Source: Octopus vulgaris
Lineage: Eukaryota
Assembly (NCBI GenBank): GCA_951406725.2
Contig: OX597830.1
Span: 8,246,001-8,310,000 of the forward strand
Direction of reading: 5' to 3'
DNA length: 64,000 nt
Below the pieces are notes generated by a model, which had not been told where the DNA came from, did no database searches, and saw nothing but the letters and a program-made list of their open reading frames with translations. Position numbers and translations under genes: made by a program. Every line of letters begins with the position of its first letter. The stretch's first letter is position 1. Positions 29,172-64,000 of this stretch are shown here, piece by piece.

Positions 29172-29316
29172 TCTCGAATAGCTAGATACGAAGACATTTA
29201 AAGGGAGATCACTTCCAAACTAGAAATAAAATTCTCGATTGTTTCCCTTTAACGAATGCTTTTTTTTTTACGTTCTTTTACCCTCCTCTACTTAAGAATC
29301 CTTCTCTCTCGTTCTC

Positions 29317-29326
29317 TTTATTTATT
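29317..29326 (-). promoter_or_regulatory. Candidate polyadenylation signal(s) AATAAA of the GH31 gene
   Basis: Two overlapping AATAAA on the minus strand ~60 nt after the stop. Confidence 0.5.
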
Positions 29327-29386
29327 TTTTTTTTTAGATTTAATTTCGGTTCATTCTTCTTATAATACATTTTTGTGTTGTAGGAA

Positions 29387-52903
<23,517 letters not shown>

Positions 52904-53262
52904 CTAGATATAATGGAATTTTAAGAAAAGAAACATCATTATAAGGATTAGGATCTGATATTGCTGTGGAAACTAGGACAAGTACATCATAATTATAGGG
53001 GTGTCAGGAACTACCATTTAAAACATGACTGTTATATTGATTGCTAAGCATTTATGTTTATATTAGGTATGTGTGTGTATATATATATATATATACACAC
53101 GTGTGTGTGTGTGTGTGTGTATACATACACACACACACACATACGATCAGGAGAGATAAAACTATACATGAGAATATGTAAATTCTTTGACAAGTTTGGT
53201 AAGTAGCATGCACAGATCTCTGTCTTTGAGTCACTTTTGGAACAACCTTCTGAGTAAAAGAA

Positions 53263-53294
<32 letters not shown>

Positions 53295-53321
53295 TGATAA
53301 TAATAATGATAATAATAATAA

Positions 53322-53528
53322 TCTTCTTTTCTACTCTTGGCACAAGGCCCAAAATTTTTGGGAAGGGGGCCAGTCAATTAGATCAACCCCAGTATGCAAC
53401 TGGTACTTAATTTATCAACCCCGAAAGGGTGAAAGGCAAAGTTGACCTCGCTGGAATTTGAACTCAGAACGTAAAAACAGACAAAATACCGCTAAGCATG
53501 CTAACGATTCTGCCAGCTTGCCACCTTA
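53322..53528 (-). mobile_element. Family B SINE in (AAT)n
   Basis: Full unit, same core motif. Confidence 0.85.
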
Positions 53529-54417
53529 ACAACAACAACAACAATAATAATAATAATAATAATAATGATGATGATAATAACAATGATGATAATAATAATG
53601 ATAATAAAGTGTGCACGTGTATGTATATATTTACTTTATATATATACAAACACACGTACATACATACATACACATGCATATAAATACATTAAAGAAACAG
53701 GGTGTACTGAGTGTTATACATGATCAATTCATAATTTATAACAATTTTTCTTGTCAACATCTCTGAATGAGGAAAGGAGATAATTTCAAGAAATCACGGG
53801 AAATTCCGGTGTCCTAACATGCTACAATAAAGGGTAAACATAAAACAGCAGATAGTGGAATTTATGTAAACGAAAAACTACAGGTCTTTCCATGGTCATG
53901 GTGTTAGGAATGGTAACATTACACACCTACAACATCAGGAAAATAAAAATTTATATGTGCTTATTAAAGGACCTACATACAATGACTAGTATACAAATGT
54001 TTACTACCATATTACCTGGGGTCTAATATCAAATAACAGGTAAATAAATCAAAATAATCTATTGCCTGTGTCTCATTGCAATCATCTGACCTGAAAAGTT
54101 AGAAAGAATCTGTAAACAATACAAGATCAGAGCAGTATTCAATGACACAGAGTTCCCCTAAAGTAAAGCTTACCTGAAGAATTGGCATTCATAAGAGAAT
54201 TCCTTAAGGATTAAAATAACAAGACATATATAGTTTGGAGATTGAGGGACCATGAGGAATGAGACTGTACATTATAAATAAAGAACAATGGTAAGGAATC
54301 TTTGAGAATACGTATAAAGCTGAGAACAATCGGTAAAGTTAGCATATATTGCTACAGCTATTACTGAAAACATTTATTTGTTTAACACCAATTTTTCCAC
54401 AGCTGTATGGCTTGGAC

Positions 54418-54597
54418 CAGTGGTTGCCAAACCATTTATTTAAATGAGTTTTCCCGTGGACCCCTTTTAATAAGCTTATCTGTATATATATGTGTGTGTG
54501 TTTGTGTGTGTGTGAAATTTTGAATTTAGTTCACAAACTTCCACTACTACCTTAGCAGACCATCAGGAGTCCACAGACCCCATGTTGGGAACCACTG
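54418..54597. mobile_element. hAT (Charlie-like) MITE
   Basis: TIR CAGTGGTTGCCAA/TTGGGAACCACTG; 8-bp TSD GCTTGGAC/GCTTAGAC (7/8). Confidence 0.8.
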
Positions 54598-54664
54598 GCT
54601 TAGACCGATAAGATATTTGAGGCAGGATTTTTAGTGAGATGCATATATATATGCATTAACATAC

Positions 54665-54695
<31 letters not shown>

Positions 54696-55467
54696 AACAC
54701 ACACGCACACACACACACAAATACATGCACAAAGACAGTTTTTCCTACAGTCTCTGTCTACAAAATCCCACTTCTGTGGCAGCAGTGAACCTAAGGCTAC
54801 AACGGAAGGAAGACATTTGTCAAATGTGCTGCAAGGTGAGAACGAACTAGGACCCACACGACTGCAGAACAAAACTCCTTAACCATACGACTAACCCAGC
54901 ATCCAATCTCTGGTCTGGAAAGCCTTGGAAGAATTTTGCTTTTAGAAGAGAGAAGCCTGATGCAGCCATCTGGCTCGCCAGTCCTCAGTCCAACCGTCCA
55001 ACCCATGCCAGCATGGAAAGCAGATGTTAAACGACCAATGAGGAAGAGAATGCTTGAAGATGGGAAATCTCTTGGCAATACAAGAAAACAGCACATCAAT
55101 TTCAATTCCTGAGTGGAACCATCTAATTCTGACACGAACCTCAACTCCCCACCACCACCACCACCAACACCACCACCACCACCACCACCACCACAGCCAC
55201 CACCCCCATTCCCCCACCTGACCCAGACTAATCCAATTCGGTGTTTGTGATTTCCATCTGAAATTCTGGCTGAACGGAATATTTCATCCAGTTTCGATTC
55301 CAAGTTGGAAATCATTTCCTTTGCATCAATAATAATGTTGTTGGCATGAACATCACAACTTCCTATCGCTACTTCCTTATGTAAGAATTCATCATCGTTG
55401 ATGTTGTTCTTGTTGAGGCAGTCTTCCATTGTGACTCTTTGGATTACGCCCAAAAAAATTTGTCTTC

Positions 55468-55510
<43 letters not shown>

Positions 55511-57300
55511 TATATATACATACATATATACATACATACATATATATACATACATACATACATACATACATATACATACATACATATATATATATACATA
55601 CATACACATACATACATACATATACTTACATACATATACATACATACATATATATACACACATGTATACATACATATATACATACATACATATATACAAA
55701 CATATACATACATACATATATACATACATGTATACATATATACATACATACATATATACATACATATACATACATACACATAGATATATACATACATACA
55801 TATATACATACATATACATACATACATACGTGTATATATAGATATTTATATATATGAAGACATACATACATACACATTTAATTTATCTAGCAATATAATT
55901 GCAATCATAACAACCATTACCACCCCCACCATCATCATCTTCATCGTCACCGATACCACCACAACCACCACCACATCAACATTTATTCTTCAATATCTAA
56001 TCAGCAGTTATCTTGACTTTTGCCAACTTCACTTGGAGTGGAAGTACCACTTGTACTTCAACCTATACCACCACCACCACCTCCTCTACTATCACACCAC
56101 TACTACCACCAATAAAAACAACACTACCTGCCATACAATCACCAACAACAGCACTATGCCCCACACCACTAGAAACACTACTGCCAGTACCATGTTAATC
56201 AACAACTCTTCTATCACCATCACAACCACTAGAACTGCCACCCAAACCACCATAGCACTTGTACTTTCTTGTTGACAAACATTATATCAACTTACCATTA
56301 CCCTGCCCACCTATATTCACATGTACACGTATACAAACACACACATATACATACACACCTGAGGCAACTCCAGGTCATCAGTGTTACTCAGGCTCATCAA
56401 AGATTTCGCATAAGGCACATGCTTGCTCAAAGAATTTCATGTTTTTCTGCAATATTTTCTGCCCCAAATGTATATCTAGCACTATGTCTTTCTCCATTTC
56501 TAAGTTAAGATTTAAAACAAAGCAACCCCGCAAAACACAACTGATCTTTGCACACAGACACACAATCAATTAACGGTAATCAAATAACGACAGCAGAGTG
56601 CACAACAAACACCAGCGATCTGACTGTCGCCTCTACTCTTGACAAGAGATGCCAGTTAGTCTTTTACACCTACCAGGCTCATTCATTTTAGCCCGAGTTA
56701 CTGGATAATTTTTCGTCCCTTTAAGGGTATTGTAGAACAGAAAATTTTCATAAATTATAATTCAAATCCTAATCTCTAGAGAAATTTATTGTTTCAAGAA
56801 AACATTGAATTTGAATTACTTTCAATTTTTACGATTACAAATAACAACTCAGGCTGTAACTTCTGAGCCCGAATCAGGCATGTGTGAACAACGTCGAGAG
56901 AACGTCTGCTACGAATGATATTTTTTGACACAGGGCACCTCTAAGACAACTGCCAGACACTGAATGAAAATAAATGAACTGTGACCAGGCTCAATAAAAG
57001 GGGCCCCGAGTTATTGGCTGAAATTACATACTTGAAGTCAGAGATGGCAGAAATGAAATCAGCTTGCAAATAAACGTTGACTTTAATAAATTTATACTTG
57101 GGCTAACCCCAAACAGCCCGAATGCTGGAGTTGCCGCTGATACACACACATATACAGCCACCTATACTTATACATACACATATAAATATCTAGTAGTGCT
57201 CAAAGATTCAAACTTGAGCAGGTATAAGAGGAAATATGGGGATAAGCAAATTAGACAGATCAATATATAGAGTTTATTAAATACATGAAATATAAAAATG

Positions 57301-57339
<39 letters not shown>

Positions 57340-57487
57340 GTCCAACTTCCACAGCATACAAATGATATAGAAAATATACCCCTTTAATTTTCTATATTAT
57401 TTGTACTCTGTTTAAGTTGGACCTTTTTACATATATATATGTATATATATTTTTGTATTTCATGTATTTAGTATACTTTATATATAG

Positions 57488-57853
57488 GTGCAGGAGTGGC
57501 TGTGTGGTAAGAAGCTTGCTTACCAATCACATGGTTCTGGGTTCAGTCCCACTGCATGGCACCTTGGGGGCAAGTGTCTTCTACCATCTGAGGCTGACCA
57601 AAGCCTTGTGAGTGGATTCGATAGAAGGAGTCTGAAAGAAGCCCAGCGTATGTGTGTGTGTCTGTGTTTGTGCCCCCACCATCGTTTTGATAACTGATGT
57701 TGGTGTGTTATTTACGGCTCCATAACTTAGTAGTTCGGCAAAAGAGATGGATAGAATAAGTACTAGGCTTACAAAGAATAAGTCCTGGGGTCGATTTGTT
57801 CGACTAAAAGCGGTGCTCCAGCATGGCCGCAGAATAATGACTGAAACAAGTAA
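57488..57853 (+). mobile_element. SINE family A copy
   Basis: GCAGGAGTGGCTGTGTGGTAAG head through GACTGAAACAAGTAAAA tail. Confidence 0.85.
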
Positions 57854-58162
57854 AACAGTACACATCGATCTGCCTAATTGGCTTTTCCCCATATAAATAT
57901 TTACACACACACAGATGTGGGCAAGCAAACATACATACACACATACAGACATAGACACACACACATCAGCCACATGTATACATATAAGCACATGTGCATA
58001 TACGACTGCACATCCACATTTATGTATGCACACACATTCACACACACATATTACCATTTATATACATATGTTAATGCTTGCTTTTATGTTTAGTCATAAT
58101 AAAAACAATTTCACGATAAGCTGACAGGTTACTTTTATACGTTTGTGGAGAAAAAGATTACT

Positions 58163-58720
58163 CATCATCATCATTTAACGTTCGTTTTCCGTGCTAGCAT
58201 GGGTTGGACGGTTCGACCGGTGTCTGGGAAGCCAGGAGGCTGCACCAGGCTCCAGTCTGATCTGGCAGTGTTTCTACAGCTGGATGCCCTTCCTAACGCC
58301 AACCACTCCGTGAGTGTAGTGGGTGCTTTTTTACGTGCCACCGGCACAGATGCCAGAGGAGGCTGGCAGTGGCCACGATCTATTGGTGCTTTTTACCTGC
58401 TACCAGCACAGGGGCCAGGTGAGGCTGGCAGTGGCCACGATCAATTGGTGCTTTTTACCTGCTACCAGCACAGGGGCCAGGTGAGGCTGGCAGTGGCCAC
58501 GATCAGTTGGTGCTTTTTACCTGCTACCAGCACAGGGGCCAGGTGAGGCTGGCAGTGGCCACGATCAGTTGGTGCTTTTTATGTGCCACCGGCACAGAAG
58601 CCAGTCGAGGCGGCGCTGGCATCGGCCACATTCGGATGGTGCTTTCTACGTGCCACCAGCACAGGTATCACAACTACAATTTCCATTTGATATTTATCTT
58701 GATATTGATGTACTTGACTC
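58163..58720 (-). mobile_element. RTE 3'-UTR element carrying a 62-bp tandem repeat (~4 units)
   Basis: (CAT)n tail at 58163; GAGGCTGGCAGTGGCCACGATC starts at 58359, 58421, 58483, 58545. Confidence 0.85.
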
Positions 58721-59604
58721 ATAAAAATATTGATGATAGTGACTTCAAAGTTTTGATCAGTTAAACCAGTTAGACTGCCATATATATATATATATATATA
58801 TAGATAGATAGATAGATAGATGTGCATGTGTGTGTGTATACACACATATAACAACTGCATAACTATACATAAACAGACATGTATAATGCAGATATGCATG
58901 GTCACACGCACGCACGCACACATACACACACACACGCACACGCACACACACACAACTCCTTGCACACTGCTGGCATAAGGCTACAGAACAACAATCCCTC
59001 TCACCCCCCTCTCTCAGCATACTGATAATTAAATGGGCTATTTGCCATGCATGCAATTAACAAGAGGGTGGTGCGAGTAATAGCAGCAGCCGCAGCAGCA
59101 GAGGTAATGATGGTGGTGGGGGGGGGTCGCGGTGGTCAGTGGTGGTGTGTGTGTGTGTGTAGGTAGTGTTGTGACAGGGGTTGGCGGTGGTGTCGTAGTG
59201 GAGGTGGTAGTTGTGGTGATTAATAATAGAATTAGTTATATAATAGCACAGCCATTGGTTGTGGTTGTGGTGTTAGCGGTGGTGGTCATGGGGGTGATAG
59301 GTGGTGGTGGTGGTGGGGGGGGATGACGATATTAAATATGAATATTTAACAAAATGCCTGCATTAATAAGTTTTGTGCAGTAATTCAGTGCCAGAAACAG
59401 TAAGGTGGGTTAAACGTCCAGTGGACACACGGACACACACACACACATACATGTGTGTGTATATATCATTTATATATATAATATGTATACATACACACAC
59501 AAACACACACACATCATTAGTGCATATACATATCTGTGTTTCTGTTTGTGTGTTTGTTTGTGTGTGTGTGTGTGTGTGAGTGTGTGTGTGTGTGTGCGTG
59601 CATG

Positions 59605-59900
59605 CACAGGTGAGGCTATGTAGTCAAGAAGCTTGCTTCCCAACCATGTGGAATTGGGTTCAGTCCCACTGCACAGCATGCATATATCTTTATCTTTAAT
59701 CTTTTGCTTCAATCACTGGCCCGTGGCCCTGCTGGGGCACTGCCTCGAATGGTCTCAGTCAAATGAATTCACCACAGTACATATGTATTATATATTTTTT
59801 TAAAGCCCGGTACTTATTCTATCAATCTCGTTTGTTGAACTGCTAAGTTATGAGAACATAAATAAACCAACACCAGTTGTCAAGCAGCAGTGGGGTTCAT
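59605..59900 (+). mobile_element. SINE family A fragments (head plus opposite-orientation tail)
   Basis: Head 59605-59675; reverse-oriented tail 59700-59900. Confidence 0.65.
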
Positions 59901-60206
59901 AAACACACACACACAGATATATATATATATATATATATAAGAAGGGCATCCAGCTGTAGAAACCTTGCCAGATCAGATTGGACCCTGGTGCAGCCAACTG
60001 GCTCACCAGTCCTCAATCAAATCGTCTAACCCATGCCAGCATGGAAAGCAGACATTAAACGACGACAACGATGATGATGATGATGATGATATATATATAA
60101 GAAATAATTAAGATTCGGTTGAATTAGGTACTTAAGTTGAGGTACTAAGTCAGTCTGGTATGATCCGCACAGCTCGAAATAAGGTGAATAAAAAGCAAAT
60201 AAGTAA

Positions 60207-60582
60207 CAAGAGCACTCAGAGAGCGCAAACCTCCACTAAGGCAACACCAACGTCCTCTCAATGATTAAACGGAAATGATTTTTAAAAATGGGAATATCTG
60301 AAATAAACTCGACTGCTCTCACAAACGAGAATACTAGAAATGAACCTGATCGCTTTCATAAATTAAGTAAAAAAACTGGAAAAATAATCCAGAATCCTTG
60401 TTCAGTACCAGATCAATTCCAAAATCTAATCAGTTCGTGCCAGTCATGAAGCCAAACACCCCTGAAAGTTTCATTTGAATCCATCTAGCGGTTCTTGAGA
60501 TATTTTGTTACAGACAAACAAACAAACAAACAAACAGACATGACTGAAAACAACATCTCTGCCTTTGCTAAGGTGGAGGTAA
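60207..60582 (+). mobile_element. Helentron-type non-autonomous element, longer copy
   Basis: Collinear with 46003-46275; 3' hairpin; sits inside an older inverted-repeat arm. Confidence 0.65.
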
Positions 60583-60814
60583 CAAGGATGTCCAGGTATT
60601 AATGCATTACTGCCGTTTATTCCAAACTCATGTAATGTTTTCATTGATTGATTAAATGGAGCCACTTGAAACAGCCGTAATGCACCTATACCTGGACATC
60701 CTTGTTACTTATTTGCTTTACATATATATATATATATATATATACATGACAGCGCCCCGCGTCAGGTTCGTTCCGATTCGTTGTTTCGTTCCACCTCTTG
60801 GTTCCAGTTATTTT

Positions 60815-60861
<47 letters not shown>

Positions 60862-60918
60862 CATATATATATATACATATATATATACATATATATATAC
60901 ATACATATATATATACAT

Positions 60919-60957
<39 letters not shown>

Positions 60958-60994
60958 CATATATATATACATACATATATATATATATACATAC

Positions 60995-61049
<55 letters not shown>

Positions 61050-61081
61050 AAAAAACACACACACACACACACATATATATA

Positions 61082-61278
61082 TGGTGGTGGTGGCTGTCTG
61101 CTCCTTATGCAAAGTTTGACCACCTCCTGCACCTACACCTTAGAACCATCATGGCATCTGATATGGCTTTTTAAGCCAGACAATGTTTTGAAAAGACACC
61201 CACATAGATTGCATATCCAATTTGGACCACAAAGAGCTGCAGGTAAGTTCTGCTCTTTGTGGATCTTAAAATGTCTTT
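61082..61278 (-). mobile_element. LINE 3' end encoding C2H2 zinc finger(s), probably RTE-type
   Basis: [47 protein letters not shown], then a ~40-nt UTR and (CCA)n tail. Confidence 0.65.
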
Positions 61279-61785
61279 ATATATATATATATATAAAAAT
61301 CATCACCTTTATATATACTCTCGCTTCCCCCACATCCCAACACCACCACACAACACAACACCACCATGCACACACAAGCACTGACCACTTCCCAGCACCC
61401 ACATCATCATCCACACACCTACATATGCACACACGCACACATCAAGGTCACCAGCCCTCTTCCACATGCACATAATGCTCTCTTATACACAAGCACACAC
61501 ACCTTCATTTTGGGACCACCACTACTTTATTATCTCCCCTTCTTCCTAACTCTCTTGTGCAACCCCTCTGTCCAGCATTCGCCATGATAAATCACTAGCC
61601 ACTATACATTCTTTATTTTCTCTCCCTGTTTCTTTCTGTGGAAGCGCGTAGGCTCAAAACGTTAAAGACTTTTTCACTTCCCAAGCATTAAACTAATACA
61701 TCTGTTTGTTTTCTACACCACCTGTCTTTGTCTTTTGTTTTTTGTGGATTTTCCCTATATATATATATGTCATCACCTTCAGCCT

Positions 61786-61987
61786 TTAACATCCTTTTTT
61801 ATGCAACTTATTTTATGTTCAAGCCAACCAGATCCAGCCTATCACACCAACCCTTCAATGTCATTTTAAAATTATACAATCGCATCATCAAAATTTCAAA
61901 GCTGTGAGATAATGCATGATTAATTGAAAACAATGGGAATAGAAAAGCATTACAGTTGACAGAATAGTCTGAATGCCAAACGGTTAA
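61786..61987. mobile_element. Decayed piggyBac-like MITE
   Basis: Ends ..GAATGCCAAACGG-TTAA; left TTAA at 61786 but left TIR eroded. Confidence 0.4.
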
Positions 61988-63139
61988 CAAGACCCGAGGA
62001 AACTGTGTGATCGTGTGACCCCAACGACATCAGGTGAACAGAAAAAGAAGTGTCCACTGGTTTCATTTCAGTGGGACATCATCAGTGGCTAATTTCAGTC
62101 TTTTAACTGTGCTGGAGGGTCAGCAAAGGACAAGAGTACTATATGCTGGTTATGTATGTGTGTGCATGTGAGTATATATACGTGTGTGTGTGTATGCATG
62201 TATGTATGTATGTCTGTGTGTATTTGTGAGTATGCATATTTATGCATGCATGTGTGTGTGTAGATGAATATATATGAGTGTGTATGTATATACATGTACG
62301 TAGCTGTGTGCATATATATTATGTATGTGCATACATACAGGAAACTGTCAGAATGATGTAGACGCCTCTGATGAGAAACCCCCCCACCATAAGTTTCAGA
62401 AATCAATTTAAAACGGTGGTGCATCAGCATGGCCACAGATATGAGCTGAAACTACATAAAAAAAAACAAAAATATGTATACTTGTGTGATTGCGTGTGCA
62501 CGGTTAATAAACATGTTGTTCTTTAGTTATAAATCAGCCCTGATTGAGCCGACCTATGACCAAAGGCATTCCAGCCAGGACCATCCCAGATTTTTAGAAC
62601 TCTATAATACACCATTATCTATGCTGGCAAATTAATGGTAAGCGCTATATTAATAGAAACAACACATGACGCAAAACTCAAACACAGCAGATTCTAGGAA
62701 TAAACTAACACCAAACAATGACACGGTCAGAACTATTTCCTGGTAACGAAACGAAAACTGACATCACCAGACGATAAATATAAACTCTAATAATAATAAA
62801 TATAGAAAATAGACACACAATTCCCATAATTCTCTTTAACAATAAAATGGTAATAATAATGCCGACCATCACTAATATCAGTTCAGACAGAAGCCAAACC
62901 CAGAAAGATCTTTAGATGTGAGGAAATTTATTATTCCAAACAAGTTTTAATAGAAATATGAGAAAATCTCAATAAGAACACTTAAACTGTCTTCAATATC
63001 ACACACACACACACACACACATATACGTGTGTGTGTGTGTGTGGAATAAAATCTTTGTTTTCTCTCTCTCTATATATATATATCACATTCACACAAACAC
63101 ACATATACATACATACATTACATACATACATACACACAT

Positions 63140-63265
63140 GCATACATGTATGAGGAGTTTCCACTGACCAATTTCACTCCTTAATGTGACTGATGGACAG
63201 AGAGGCTGAACCTAAAACCATGAGGTTATGAACCAAGCCCCTTAACCACACAGCCACTCTTGCAC

Positions 63266-63328
<63 letters not shown>

Positions 63329-63730
63329 CAGGAGTGGCTGTGTGGTAAGAAGCTTGCTTTCCAACAACATAGTTCAGTCCTACAGTGTCTCCTATAGCTT
63401 CGGGCCAACCAAAGCCTTGTGAGTGGATTCGGTAGATGGAAACCGAAAGAAGCCTGTCGTGTGTGTGTGTGTGTGTGTATATTTATGCGTGTGTGTCTGT
63501 GTATATCTCCCCCACCATCACTTGACAACCGATGTTGGTGTGTTTCCATCCCTGTAATCTAGCAGTTCAGCAAAAGAGACTGGCAGAATAAGTACTAGGC
63601 TTACAAAGAATAAGTCCTGGGGTCAATCAATGGCTATAGTAGAAGACACTTGCCCAGGGTGTCATACAGTAAGACTAAACCCGGAACCATGAGGTTGAGA
63701 AGCAAACTTCTTACCACACAGCCACACCTG
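63140..63730. mobile_element. Cluster of SINE family A pieces in both orientations
   Basis: Minus head ending ~63265, plus copy 63326-63625, minus head 63630-63730. Confidence 0.75.
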
Positions 63731-64000
63731 CGCACGCACATACACACACATCACAAGTCTTGAGGGCCCTCAAAAGGACCCGGATATAACTTCTTCCTGA
63801 TGAAACAATTAAATCTCATTCTCTGCAATAAACTAGGTCTAGAACCCTCAATCACCAACAATAACTTAACCAGGACCCTTTATATTTTCAAAAAGCTGTT
63901 TCTGCGATAAAAGACTTTTCTGATACGAAAAATAAAATGTACATAAAATAAAAGAAAAAAATCAATATAAAACAAAAGTTGAAGAAAATTTAAAGGTTAA

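Noticed and set aside
54797-55217. Poly-Gly extension of the 218-aa ORF
   Set aside because: Runs through (GGT)n and into RTE-tail and SINE sequence; only 55218-55429 kept as a weak candidate.
58359-58597. Regularly spaced repeats resembling a CRISPR array (also 48116-48195, 40890-41032)
   Set aside because: Whole units repeat with no unique spacers, eukaryotic context, no cas genes.
61144-61242. Plus-strand exon-like segment ending CAG|GTAAGT
   Set aside because: Better explained as the antisense of the zinc-finger LINE end.
62052-62080. Minus-strand CTGATGA..GAAAC
   Set aside because: No stem II and no NUH triplet in position.
62361-62416. CTGATGA-GAAAC..GTTTC-AGAAA hammerhead-like motif
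   Set aside because: Stem II is good but stems I and III do not pair convincingly.
63760-63925. Strong minus-strand acceptor as the missing GH31 exon
   Set aside because: All three frames stop quickly and none resembles GH31.

Overview
Repeat-rich animal genomic DNA, very likely a coleoid cephalopod (Octopus-like; inferred from the tRNA-derived SINE families, RTE LINE tails and extreme (TA)n/(CA)n/(AAT)n load). Almost all long ORFs in the track are microsatellite read-throughs. One host gene is well supported: the 3' half (12 exons, 1374 nt, 457 aa + stop) of a minus-strand GH31 lysosomal alpha-glucosidase/maltase-glucoamylase-like gene at 29387-52903. It has a GC-AG intron after the catalytic-nucleophile exon, a WADMNE variant of the WIDMNE motif, and no recognisable upstream exons in the remaining 11 kb. 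The rest is mobile DNA: a Penelope-like element (RT thumb + GIY-YIG) with ~860-bp inverted pseudo-LTRs that each carry a hammerhead ribozyme (HHR); several more HHR-bearing or palindromic Penelope-type relics, mostly in (TA)n; RTE and R4/Dong LINE pieces; piggyBac, hAT and Helentron-type non-autonomous elements; and dozens of SINEs, including TSD-flanked SINE dimers. The most novel-looking object is a 285-bp TSD-flanked element at 52458-52742 combining a tRNA-derived Pol III-type head, a minimal hammerhead motif and a Penelope-style inverted 5' end, a candidate Penelope-mobilised ribozyme-SINE. All calls come from manual reading; no searches were run.
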